From contig CAYNRZ010000015.1 in NCBI GenBank assembly GCA_964399695.1, positions 11,167-75,166 on the forward strand: 64,000 nucleotides of DNA. The letters are read 5' to 3'. This stretch comes from an uncultured Devosia sp. (GTDB taxonomy: Bacteria > Pseudomonadota > Alphaproteobacteria > Rhizobiales > Devosiaceae). The notes under the pieces are model-generated. The model ran no database searches, was not told the origin of the DNA, and saw nothing but the letters and a program-made list of their open reading frames with translations. Shown one piece after another: positions 49,563 through 61,336 of this stretch (positions within the stretch are counted from its first letter, which is position 1; each line of letters opens with the position of its first letter). The translations under genes and the position numbers were made by a program.

Positions 49563-51374
49563 ATGGCCACCAACAAGAACAGCCTGCGCCGGCAGGCCTA
49601 TGCCAAAGTGCTTTCCTTCACCTTCGCGCATTGGGGTCGCCAACCCTGGGGCATGGTCGCCATTGGCGCGGCCATCATCGTGTCGACCATCGCCGATGTG
49701 GCAACCCCCTATTACGCCGGCCAGCTGGTCGATGCGGTCGCTTCGGGCGCGGCCAGCGACGTGGTGGCATGGAACGCGGCGATCACCGCGTTCTGGCTGC
49801 TGTTCGCGCTGGGCCTCGGCGGGCTGATCTTCCGGCACCTCGCCTGGTGGTACATGATCCGGGTGACGCTCCGGATGATGGGTGACATCACCGCCGATGC
49901 CTTTGCGCGGGTACAGCGCTTCTCGTCGGACTGGCACGCCAATGCCTTTGCCGGCTCCACCGTGCGCAAGATCACGCGTGGCACCGGCGCGCTCGACCTG
50001 CTCAACGACACCATCCTCCTCGCCATGCTGCCGTCCCTCGTCATGCTGGTGGGCACGACGATCATGCTCAGCCTGTTCTGGCCGATGATGGGTCTCGTCA
50101 TCGCGCTGGGCTCGATCGCCTATGTGGTGTTCACGGTGCTGGTCGCGGTGCTGTGGGTGGCGCCGGCCGCAAGTCTCGCCAACCAGTGGGACACCAAGCT
50201 TGGTGGGGCGCTGGCCGATGCTGTTACCTGCAACGCGGTGGTCAAGGGGTTCGGCGCCGAGCTGCGCGAGGATCGCCGGCTCGTCCACGTCGTCGGCAAG
50301 TGGCAGAGCCGCACGCGCCGCACCTGGCAGCGCGGCACCATCAATGGCACCGGCCAGCAGGCCATGCTGCTGGTGCTGCGCGCCGGCATCGTGGGGGTGG
50401 CGCTGTGGCTGTGGCAGCAGGGTCTCGCCGCAGCCGGCGACATCACCTTCGTGCTCACCACCTTCTTCGTGTTGCAGGGCTACCTGCGCGACGTGGGCAA
50501 CTACGTGCGGAACCTCCAGCGCTCGGTCAACGACATGGAAGAGCTGGTGGCCCTTTACGACCAGCCGCTCGGCATCGACGACCGGCCGGGCGCCAAGCCG
50601 ATCACCATCCGCGAGGGTCGTATCGCCTTCGAGGGTGTGGACTTCCACTATGGCCGGCACAGCAAGCCGCTCTATAGCGGGCTCGATGTCGCCATCGCGC
50701 CGGGCGAGAAGGTCGGCCTGGTCGGCCATTCCGGCTCGGGAAAGACCACCTTCGTCAAGCTGATCCAGCGGCTGCACGATGTCAGCGGCGGGCGGATCAC
50801 CGTCGACGGCATCGATATCCGCGACGTCACGCAGGCGACGCTGCGCCAGCAGATCGCCATCGTGCAGCAGGAGCCGGTGCTGTTCCACCGCTCGCTGGCG
50901 GACAATATCGCCTACGCCAAGCCGGGGGCGAGCCTTGAAGAGATCATCCGGGCGGCCGAGCTCGCCAATGCGCATGGCTTCATCTCGCGGCTGCCCAAGG
51001 GCTACGAGACCATGGTGGGCGAGCGCGGCATCAAGCTCTCGGGTGGCGAGCGGCAGCGCGTCGCCATTGCCCGGGCGTTCCTCTCCGATGCGCGGGTGCT
51101 GATCCTCGACGAGGCGACCTCCAGCCTCGACAGCGAGAGCGAGCTCCTCATCCAGCAGGCGATGGAGCGGCTGATGGTGGGGCGCACCACCATCGTCATC
51201 GCCCACCGGCTTTCGACGGTGAGGGCGCTCGACAGGCTGCTGGTCTTCGACAACGGCAAGGTGGTCGAGGAAGGCACCCATGCCGATCTCGTGGGCAAGT
51301 CCGACGGCATCTATCGCCGGCTGTTCGAGCGGCAGGCGCTGGAGCTGATCAAGGGACTCGAGGCGGCAGAATAG
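49563..51374 (+). CDS. ABC transporter, fused permease/ATPase (type I exporter, MsbA-like)
   Basis: ATG 49563. 6-TM domain. Walker A GHSGSGKTT, signature LSGGERQR, Walker B LILDEATS. Confidence 0.92.
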   Translation: MATNKNSLRRQAYAKVLSFTFAHWGRQPWGMVAIGAAIIVSTIADVATPYYAGQLVDAVASGAASDVVAWNAAITAFWLLFALGLGGLIFRHLAWWYMIRVTLRMMGDITADAFARVQRFSSDWHANAFAGSTVRKITRGTGALDLLNDTILLAMLPSLVMLVGTTIMLSLFWPMMGLVIALGSIAYVVFTVLVAVLWVAPAASLANQWDTKLGGALADAVTCNAVVKGFGAELREDRRLVHVVGKWQSRTRRTWQRGTINGTGQQAMLLVLRAGIVGVALWLWQQGLAAAGDITFVLTTFFVLQGYLRDVGNYVRNLQRSVNDMEELVALYDQPLGIDDRPGAKPITIREGRIAFEGVDFHYGRHSKPLYSGLDVAIAPGEKVGLVGHSGSGKTTFVKLIQRLHDVSGGRITVDGIDIRDVTQATLRQQIAIVQQEPVLFHRSLADNIAYAKPGASLEEIIRAAELANAHGFISRLPKGYETMVGERGIKLSGGERQRVAIARAFLSDARVLILDEATSSLDSESELLIQQAMERLMVGRTTIVIAHRLSTVRALDRLLVFDNGKVVEEGTHADLVGKSDGIYRRLFERQALELIKGLEAAE

Positions 51375-51496
51375 GCGCGGGCGCCGGGGACTGTTCTCCG
51401 GCGCCTGCCCATTGCGCCGGGCAGCACTTTGTGGCATGTCCGCCGCGTTTCAGCGTACCGGCCGGTTCTGGCCGCAGACAGGTTGGGGACAAGGCC

Positions 51497-52768
51497 TTGG
51501 GCCGTATCGTGGTGAAGTTTGGCGGCACGTCTGTCGCCACTGTGGAGCGCATCCGCCAGGCGGCGCGGCATGTGAAGCGCGAGGTTGATGCCGGCAACGA
51601 GGTGGCCGTCGTCGTTTCGGCGATGAGCGGCAAGACCAATGAACTGGTCGGCTGGGTCAACGAAGCGTCGAAACTGCACGATGCGCGCGAGTATGACGCC
51701 GTCGTTGCCTCGGGCGAGCAGGTCACCGCCGGGCTGATGGCAATCGTCCTCAGCGAAATGGGCATCCCGTCACGCTCGTTCCAGGGCTGGCAGGTGCCGA
51801 TCCATACCGACGACGCGCATGGCGCGGCGCGGATCACCGGCATCGACCCCACCGAACTCGAAAAGCGCTTCGCCGAAGGCGTCGTCCCGGTGATCACCGG
51901 CTTCCAGGGCATTGCGCCCTCCGGCCGGGTGACGACGCTCGGGCGCGGCGGTTCCGATACCAGCGCGGTGGCGGTGGCCGCCGCGGTCAGGGCCGATCGC
52001 TGCGACATCTATACCGATGTCGATGGCGTCTACACCACCGACCCGCGCATCACGCCGAAGGCGCGGCGGCTGTCGCGGATCTCGTTCGAAGAAATGCTCG
52101 AGATGGCCTCGCTCGGCGCCAAGGTGCTGATGATCCGCTCGGTGGAAATGGCCATGGCGCACAAGGTGCGGCTCACCGTGCGCTCGACTTTCGATGATCC
52201 GGACGCGCCACAGGTGGCGCCGGACGGCACGCCCGGGGTTCCCGGCACAATCGTATGCGATGAGGATGAGATCATGGAAAAGCAGATCGTCTCGGGCGTC
52301 ACCCTGGCGCGGGCCGAGTCCAAGATCACGCTGCGCGACGTCAAGGATCGGCCGGGCGTCGCGGCCGCGATCTTCGGGGCGCTCAGCGACGAATCCATCG
52401 TGGTCGACATGATCGTCCAGAATGTCTCCGAAGACGGCTCGACCACCGATATCACCTTCACCGTGCCCGATGCCGAGCACGACAAGGCGCTGAAGGCGCT
52501 CAAGGCGGCCGGCGAGGCGGGGCGCTTCGAATACCGCACGCTCAATACCGCCAAGGGCGGCGCCAAGGTCTCGGTGGTGGGCGTCGGCATGCGCAACCAT
52601 GCCGGCGTTGCCGCCTCGATGTTCAAGGCGCTTGCCGACAAGGGCATCAACATCCAGCTGATCACCACGTCGGAAATCAAGACCTCGGTCCTGATCGACG
52701 ACGAATATGCCGAGCTTGCGGTTCGGGCCCTCCATACGTATTACGGACTGGACAAGGAAGACGCCTGA
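51497..52768 (+). CDS. lysC: Aspartate kinase
   Basis: Probable TTG start at 51497 (LGRIVVKFGGTSVATVERI...). The track ORF begins at 51431. TLGRGGSDTSAV. C-terminal ACT domains. Confidence 0.92.
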   Translation: MGRIVVKFGGTSVATVERIRQAARHVKREVDAGNEVAVVVSAMSGKTNELVGWVNEASKLHDAREYDAVVASGEQVTAGLMAIVLSEMGIPSRSFQGWQVPIHTDDAHGAARITGIDPTELEKRFAEGVVPVITGFQGIAPSGRVTTLGRGGSDTSAVAVAAAVRADRCDIYTDVDGVYTTDPRITPKARRLSRISFEEMLEMASLGAKVLMIRSVEMAMAHKVRLTVRSTFDDPDAPQVAPDGTPGVPGTIVCDEDEIMEKQIVSGVTLARAESKITLRDVKDRPGVAAAIFGALSDESIVVDMIVQNVSEDGSTTDITFTVPDAEHDKALKALKAAGEAGRFEYRTLNTAKGGAKVSVVGVGMRNHAGVAASMFKALADKGINIQLITTSEIKTSVLIDDEYAELAVRALHTYYGLDKEDA

Positions 52769-52833
52769 GCGGCGGCCGACGCCGTCGCGCCGCCCGGGAG
52801 TCGAGGGCGGCGCCATCGCGCCGGGCGGGTGAA

Positions 52834-55101
52834 ATGGGCACAGCAATCAGCGGGCCGCGCGTGTTGCTCAAGCAGCTGCGCGAAACCATGGCAGAGCCGC
52901 TGGCGTCGCAGGCCCGGCTCGACAAGATCGTTGGCCTGATCGCCGAGAACATGCATGCCGATGTGTGCTCGTTCTATGTGTTGCGCGACGACGGTGCGCT
53001 GGAGCTCTTCGCCAATCGCGGCTTCCGGCCCGAGGCGGTGCACAAGACCACGCTCAGGCTGGGCGAGGGCCTGGTCGGCCTTATCGCCAAGCAGGCCGAG
53101 GCCTTGAGCCTCAACAATGCTCCGATCCATCCGGCTTTCGCCTACCGTCCGGAAACCGGCGAGGAGGCGTTCCTCGCCTTCCTTGGCGTGCCGGTGCTGC
53201 GCGCCGGCCAGACGCTGGGCGTGCTCGTCGTCCAGAATCGTGACTCGCGCGACTATGGCGAGGACGAGATCGAGGCGATGCTGACCACGGCGACCATTCT
53301 CGCCGAAATGATCGCCACCTCCGAGTTCGTCAACCTGATCCAGCCCGGCCAGGAGATCGACCTCAGGCGGCAGCGCAGTTTCAATGGTGCCGGCTTCACC
53401 GATGGCGTGGCGCTGGGCAAGGTGGTGCTGCACGACCCGCGCGTGGTGGTCACCAACTTCGTCGCCGAGGACACCGATGCCGAGCTGAAGCGCCTGACCG
53501 AGGCGCTCGACCAGATGCGGCTTTCGATCGACAGCATGCTCAGCCACGGCGACATGCAGAGCTTTTCCGATCATCGCGACATTCTCGAAAGCTATCGGAT
53601 GTTCGCGCACGACCGGGGCTGGGTTGACCGGCTGACCGAAGCCATCACGCAGGGCCTTACCGCCGAGGCGGCGGTCGAGCGGGTTCAGAACGACACGCGC
53701 GCCCGGATGATGCGGTCGACCGATCCCTACATCAAGGACCGGCTGCACGACCTCGACGACCTCGCCAATCGGCTGCTGCGGATCCTGACCGGCAATGGCG
53801 GCGGGGTCGGCACCAAGGATATTCCCGAGAACGCCATCCTCGTCGCCCGCAATATGGGGCCGGCGGAGCTGCTCGAATATGATCGCAGCCGGCTGCGCGG
53901 CGTAGTGCTCGAAGAGGGCGCCTCGATCAGCCATGTGGCGATCATCGCCAAGTCGCTGGGCATTGTTTCGGTCGGGCAGGCCGAGAACATCGTCTCGCTC
54001 TCGGAAACCGGCGACGACATCATCGTCGATGGGCAGGCCGGCGTGGTGCATCTCAGGCCCACCGCCGACATGATCCAGGTCTATGTCGACAAGGTGCGGC
54101 TCACCGCCAAGCGGCGGGCGCATTACCAGACCCTCAAGAACACGCCGGCGGTCACCCGCGACGGCGTTGCGGTGACGCTCTACCACAATTCCGGGCTCGT
54201 GGCGGACCTGCCGATGCTCGAGGATACTGGTGCCGCCGGCGTCGGCCTGTTCCGCACCGAATTACAGTTCATGATCGCCTCCAAGCTCCCGCGCCTACAG
54301 GAGCAGGTGGCGCTCTATGCCGAAGCGATCAGGCTCACCCAGGGCAAGCCGATCGTTTTCCGCCTGCTCGATATCGGCGGCGACAAGGTCATTCCGTATC
54401 TGCGCTCGGAGGCCGAGGAGAATCCGGCCATGGGGTTCCGCTCGTTGCGCCTCGCGCTCGACCGGCAGGGGCTGTTGCGCATCCAGATCCGCGCGCTGCT
54501 CAAGGCCGCCAATGGCGGGCCGATGAAGATTCTCGTCCCCATGGTCACCGATGCCTGGGAGTTCCGGCAGACGCGGCATGTGGTCAATCTCGAGCTCGAA
54601 CGGCTGCGCCATGCCGGCGAGCCGGTGCCCTCAAAGCTTGAACTCGGCGCCATGATCGAGGTGCCCTCGCTGCTGTTCGAACTCGACCGGGTGCTGCCGG
54701 AGGCCGATTTCGTCTCGATCGGGTCCAATGACCTTGTGATGTTCCTCACCGCTGCCGACCGGGCGAATCCGCGGGTCGCCAAGGCTTACGACCCCATCGC
54801 GCTGCCGCGGCTCAGGGCGCTCAGGCACATTGTCGACATGGCGCGGCGCTATAACGTTCCGCTCACCATGTGCGGCGAGCTGGCGGGCCGGACGGTCGAG
54901 GCGCTGGCGCTGCTCTCGATCGGCATGACGCGGCTCTCGATGAGCCCACCCTCGATCGGTCCGATCAAGGAGATGATCCTTGGGCTCGATCTCGCGCCGA
55001 TCAAAGCCTCGGTTTCCGCCGCGCTGCTCGAAGGGGCGCATGGCCCGGATATCCGCGAACTCCTGCTCGAATGGGCGGACAAGCAAGGCCTGGTCATCTA
55101 G
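52834..55101 (+). CDS. ptsP: Phosphoenolpyruvate-protein phosphotransferase PtsP (EI-Ntr) with N-terminal GAF domain
   Basis: 755 aa. GAF region (VCSFYVLRDDGALELFANRGF...GLVG) followed by the PEP-utilising enzyme domains. Confidence 0.93.
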   Translation: MGTAISGPRVLLKQLRETMAEPLASQARLDKIVGLIAENMHADVCSFYVLRDDGALELFANRGFRPEAVHKTTLRLGEGLVGLIAKQAEALSLNNAPIHPAFAYRPETGEEAFLAFLGVPVLRAGQTLGVLVVQNRDSRDYGEDEIEAMLTTATILAEMIATSEFVNLIQPGQEIDLRRQRSFNGAGFTDGVALGKVVLHDPRVVVTNFVAEDTDAELKRLTEALDQMRLSIDSMLSHGDMQSFSDHRDILESYRMFAHDRGWVDRLTEAITQGLTAEAAVERVQNDTRARMMRSTDPYIKDRLHDLDDLANRLLRILTGNGGGVGTKDIPENAILVARNMGPAELLEYDRSRLRGVVLEEGASISHVAIIAKSLGIVSVGQAENIVSLSETGDDIIVDGQAGVVHLRPTADMIQVYVDKVRLTAKRRAHYQTLKNTPAVTRDGVAVTLYHNSGLVADLPMLEDTGAAGVGLFRTELQFMIASKLPRLQEQVALYAEAIRLTQGKPIVFRLLDIGGDKVIPYLRSEAEENPAMGFRSLRLALDRQGLLRIQIRALLKAANGGPMKILVPMVTDAWEFRQTRHVVNLELERLRHAGEPVPSKLELGAMIEVPSLLFELDRVLPEADFVSIGSNDLVMFLTAADRANPRVAKAYDPIALPRLRALRHIVDMARRYNVPLTMCGELAGRTVEALALLSIGMTRLSMSPPSIGPIKEMILGLDLAPIKASVSAALLEGAHGPDIRELLLEWADKQGLVI

Positions 55102-55128
55102 ACCGGACCGCAAAAGCAAAGACTCCTG

Positions 55129-56205
55129 ATGGCGACGCTCCCCGAAGACAAGCTCGACGCTTTGACCAAGCGTTTCGATTCGATCGAAGCGGCGCTGGCG
55201 GCCGGCCCGGCGGCGGAGCTGTTCGTCAAACTGAGCAAGGAGTATGCCGAGCTCGAGCCGATCGTGAAACCGATCCAGGCCTATCGCAAGCTTGTCGCCG
55301 ATCTCGAGGCGGCCGAGGACCTGGCAAAGTCCGGTGATCGCGAGATGGCGGAAATGGCCGAGGCCGAGATCGGTGAGCTGCGCCCGGCCATCGCCCAGGC
55401 GATCGACAATATCCGCATCCTGCTCTTGCCGCGCGACGCGGCCGACGACAAGGGCGTCATCCTCGAGGTCCGTGCCGGTACCGGCGGTGACGAGGCGGCG
55501 CTCTTCGCCGGGGATCTGTTGCGCATGTACCAGCGCTATTCCGACCTGATGGGGTGGAAATTCGCGCTGATGGAAGAAAGCCCCGGCGAAATGGGCGGCT
55601 ACAAGGAAGTGGTCGCCAATATTTCCGGCAAGGGGGTCTATGCGCGTCTCAAATATGAGAGCGGCGTGCACCGGGTGCAGCGCGTGCCAGAAACCGAAGG
55701 CTCGGGCCGCATCCATACCTCGGCGGCGACAGTCGCGGTGCTGCCCGAAGTCGAGGATATCGATATCGAGATCCGGCCTGAGGATATCCGCATCGACACC
55801 ATGCGCTCGTCGGGCGCGGGCGGGCAGCACGTCAACACCACCGATTCGGCGGTGCGCATCACGCATCTGCCCACCGGCATCGTCGTCACGGCCAGCCAGA
55901 AGAGTCAGCACCAGAACCGCGCCACGGCCATGAAGGTGCTGCAGGCCCGGCTCTATGAAGAGCAGCGCAATACCCGCGACACGGCGCGCTCGGAGGCGCG
56001 CAAGGAACAGGTCGGCTCCGGCGACCGCTCCGAACGCATCCGCACCTACAACTTCCCGCAAGGCCGGGTCACCGACCACCGCATCAACCTGACCCTCTAC
56101 AAGCTCGACAAGGTCATTGCCGGCGAAGCGCTCGACGAACTCGTCTCCGCGCTGATCACCGAAAACCAGGCGGCGCAACTGGCCGCCATGGAAGGCGTCA
56201 GCTGA
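55129..56205 (+). CDS. prfA: Peptide chain release factor 1
   Basis: 358 aa. [23 protein letters not shown] (GGQ motif). Contains a PET tripeptide (VPETEGSG), which may correspond to the RF1 PxT stop-codon recognition motif. Confidence 0.96.
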   Translation: MATLPEDKLDALTKRFDSIEAALAAGPAAELFVKLSKEYAELEPIVKPIQAYRKLVADLEAAEDLAKSGDREMAEMAEAEIGELRPAIAQAIDNIRILLLPRDAADDKGVILEVRAGTGGDEAALFAGDLLRMYQRYSDLMGWKFALMEESPGEMGGYKEVVANISGKGVYARLKYESGVHRVQRVPETEGSGRIHTSAATVAVLPEVEDIDIEIRPEDIRIDTMRSSGAGGQHVNTTDSAVRITHLPTGIVVTASQKSQHQNRATAMKVLQARLYEEQRNTRDTARSEARKEQVGSGDRSERIRTYNFPQGRVTDHRINLTLYKLDKVIAGEALDELVSALITENQAAQLAAMEGVS

Positions 56206-57059
56206 GCGCATCGATCGGCAGGATCTGGCGCGATCTGCGCGATGCGCTGCGGGCAAAGGGCGTCGATACCGCCGAACTGGATGCGCGCCTCCTCGCCGAA
56301 GCAGCCTTCGGGCTCAGCCGGCTGGAGTTGGTGACGCGCGAGCGCGATCTGCCGTCCGCGGATGCCCTGGCCCGGTTCGAAGGATTCGCCGCGCGCCGGC
56401 TGGCGGGTGAGCCGGTCATGCGCATTCTGGGCGAACGCGAGTTCTACGGCCGCGCCTTCCGCCTCGGCCCGGCGACGCTGGTGCCACGGCCCGAGACCGA
56501 GGCCCTGGTCGACATCGGCATCGAGCTCCTTGCCGGCATGCCGGCGCCGCGCCTGCTGGACTTGGGCACAGGCACCGGCTGCATTGCCATCTCCCTCCTC
56601 GCCGAACTGCCCGGCGCGAACGCAGTGGCGGTTGATCTGGCGCAAGAGGCCATCGACGTTGCGCAGCGCAATGCCGAGCGCCACGGGGTGAGTGGGCGCA
56701 TCGCCTTCCGCCGTGGCTCCTGGTTCGAGCCGCTCAAGCCCGGCGAGCGCTTCGACCTCATCGTTTCCAACCCGCCTTATATCGAGACCGCCGAGATCGG
56801 CCGACTCGACATCGAGGTGCGCGAACACGACCCGCTCCTCGCGCTCGATGGCGGGCCGGACGGGCTCGCCGCCTATCGCAGTATCGCGCAGTCGGCGCAG
56901 CGCTTCCTCGTGCCGGGGGGGATGCTCCTGGTCGAGATCGGCTGGCAGCAGGCCGAGCCGGTTAGCGATCTGTTTGCCGCGGAGGGCCTTGGCGACATCG
57001 AGGTGCGTCGCGACCTCGCCGGGCATGACCGCGTGGTCATGGCGCGCCGGCGCTCGTGA
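56202..57059 (+). CDS. prmC: Release factor glutamine N5-methyltransferase PrmC (5' end uncertain; no canonical start codon)
   Basis: The track ORF starts at TTG 56328. The same frame upstream reads [43 protein letters not shown], a clear PrmC N-domain, back to the prfA stop. Catalytic NPPY (VSNPPYI). SAM motif [12 protein letters not shown]. Confidence 0.85.
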   Translation: MSASIGRIWRDLRDALRAKGVDTAELDARLLAEAAFGLSRLELVTRERDLPSADALARFEGFAARRLAGEPVMRILGEREFYGRAFRLGPATLVPRPETEALVDIGIELLAGMPAPRLLDLGTGTGCIAISLLAELPGANAVAVDLAQEAIDVAQRNAERHGVSGRIAFRRGSWFEPLKPGERFDLIVSNPPYIETAEIGRLDIEVREHDPLLALDGGPDGLAAYRSIAQSAQRFLVPGGMLLVEIGWQQAEPVSDLFAAEGLGDIEVRRDLAGHDRVVMARRRS

Positions 57060-57392
57060 AGTGGCAGCACAAGCCGTTCATCCAACTGCCATTTCCTGCC
57101 CGTACATTTTCCGCTTGGAAACTGGAGCCGAACCAGATAGTTTCCGGGGGCTGTCAGCGGCGCGGCATTGGTCGCGCATGGAAGACGGTCACCCGCTCAT
57201 CGGCGATGCTGCATTCGGCAGTAGTCAGACTCGGACGAGGAACCGAGGCGTCTTGATGGGCCGCAAGTGGTTCAAAACCGAGCAGCTCGAGGCTCTGGAT
57301 TATCCAGCTGCCCGCGACCGGTAACGGTTGCCTACGGTGCCGATGGCCCGATGTTGCCTTCGGTGTTCTTTTCCAAGGCTTGAAAAGAGACG

Positions 57393-58028
57393 ATGAGACC
57401 TAACCAGCAGAACAACAACAAAAACCGCTCGCGCGGCCGGAACAACAATGGCGGGCGCAAGCACGGCAACCCGTTGAGCCGCAGCTACGAGAGCAATGGC
57501 CCCGACGTGAAGGTGCGCGGCACCGCCGCCCATGTCGCCGAGAAATACCTGCAGCTCGCCCGCGATGCGCAGGCTTCGGGCGACAGCGTCATGGCCGAGA
57601 ATTACCTGCAGCATGCCGAGCACTATTTCCGCATCATCTCGGCGGCGCAGGCGCAGCAGGGCATGCGCAACGACCAGGGCGCGCAGAATGTCGACGAGGA
57701 CGATTTCGACGACGATTTCCCGCCGGTGAACGACCGGTTCTCCTCGCCGGAACCGCGGCAGAATTTCCAGCAGCCGCAGTCCGAGCAGCAGAACCAGCCT
57801 GTCGCCGCCGGCAGCGACGCGGTGGCTGCTTCCGCCGACAGCGGTGCACAGGTGGCCGATGGCGAGGCATCGCAGGCCGAAGGCGAGCCGCGCCGGGTGC
57901 GCGAACGCCGGCCGCGCCGCCGCTCTCGCGGTGGTGGCGACGCCTCGGCCGATCCCGCCAATGCGCCACAGCCCGATGTCGGCGAATTGCCGGCCTTCCT
58001 CACGGCGGGCAGTGCGGCCGCCGAATAG
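57393..58028 (+). CDS. DUF4167-like low-complexity protein
   Basis: 211 aa. N/R-rich N-terminus, conserved AEKYLQLARDAQASGDSVMAENYLQHAEHYFRI core, acidic/Q-rich tail. Confidence 0.78.
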   Translation: MRPNQQNNNKNRSRGRNNNGGRKHGNPLSRSYESNGPDVKVRGTAAHVAEKYLQLARDAQASGDSVMAENYLQHAEHYFRIISAAQAQQGMRNDQGAQNVDEDDFDDDFPPVNDRFSSPEPRQNFQQPQSEQQNQPVAAGSDAVAASADSGAQVADGEASQAEGEPRRVRERRPRRRSRGGGDASADPANAPQPDVGELPAFLTAGSAAAE

Positions 58029-58058
58029 GGCCGGGCACCATTTCGAAGAATCGCAACA

Positions 58059-58086
58059 GGCCGGGGTCACCCCGGCCTTTTGTTTT
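58059..58086 (+). terminator. Rho-independent terminator after the DUF4167-like gene
   Basis: GGCCGGGG-tca-CCCCGGCC followed by TTTTGTTTT. Confidence 0.75.
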
Positions 58087-58255
58087 CGATCGGCGTTCCT
58101 ATATCAGCCTCGAGACCGGGGAGCGCCGCCGAGCGGGCCCCCGGCTTGATCTGAGGCAAGGTCGCGTCGCGTGCGATGGGGCAGGCTTGAGGTCCACGCT
58201 TCATTGCAGCCGAACGTGCCTTAGAGGGCGTTGCGGGTGCTGAGGGGAGACACGA

Positions 58256-60871
<2,616 letters not shown>

Positions 60872-60893
60872 TCGCAACGGTCGTCATGGCTGT

Positions 60894-60924
60894 GGGGTCG
60901 GCCTCCGGGCCGGCCCCTTTTTTG
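60894..60924 (+). terminator. Rho-independent terminator after clpB
   Basis: GGGGTCGGCC-tccg-GGCCGGCCCC followed by TTTTTTG. Confidence 0.7.
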
Positions 60925-60987
60925 TTGCCCGGCTTGCGGGACGCGGCAGCCTTCGATAAGAACAAAGCAAGAACTTAGGAGCCCGTG

Positions 60988-61329
60988 ATGACGAAGTTCG
61001 TGATCGACTATTTCGAGCTGCCGACCCGCTCGACCACCACCAGCAGCGCCTTCTATGCCAAGGCCTTCGGCTGGGGCGACAAGCCCTATGGGCCGGGTTA
61101 CTCGGAGATTCTCGATGCCGGTGTGCTAGGCGGTCTCAACGCCGCCGCGGACAAGCCGGTGGCGCCGCTCATCGGCATCAGGACCGACGATCTCCTGGCA
61201 GCCCAGGCAGCCATCGAGGCCGCGGGCGGCACCATCAGCGTGCCGGCGGAGGACTATCCGGGCGGACGTCGCTTCCAGTTTCGCGAACCGGGTGGCGCCG
61301 AGTTGCTGGTTTACTGCCCGGCCGAATAG
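60988..61329 (+). CDS. VOC (glyoxalase/bleomycin-resistance fold) family protein
   Basis: GGAG 6 nt upstream of ATG 60988 (GTG 60985 is also possible). 113 aa. FYAKAFGW...GGRRFQFREPGGAELLVY. Confidence 0.75.
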   Translation: MTKFVIDYFELPTRSTTTSSAFYAKAFGWGDKPYGPGYSEILDAGVLGGLNAAADKPVAPLIGIRTDDLLAAQAAIEAAGGTISVPAEDYPGGRRFQFREPGGAELLVYCPAE

Positions 61330-61336
61330 AGTGGCG

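Noticed and set aside
49335-51437. Upstream about 700 codons of the 816-aa minus-strand ORF 48987..51437
   Set aside because: Only the last 115 codons (48987-49334, DUF167/YggU-like, starting MNHEADAV) look real. The remainder is antisense to the ABC exporter, which has clear Walker and signature motifs, and crosses its promoter/leader region.
54631-56256. 541-aa minus-strand ORF, plus the similar long antisense ORFs 52741..54186, 10299..11753, 44483..45934, 31200..32627, 47485..48843, 32795..33967, 5270..6525 and 33577..34581
   Set aside because: Each lies opposite a confidently identified gene (ptsP/prfA, ydiJ-like, AGE epimerase, ftsY/mtaB, hppA, cheA, dapF). All have the same Arg/Gly/Ala/His-rich, motif-free composition.
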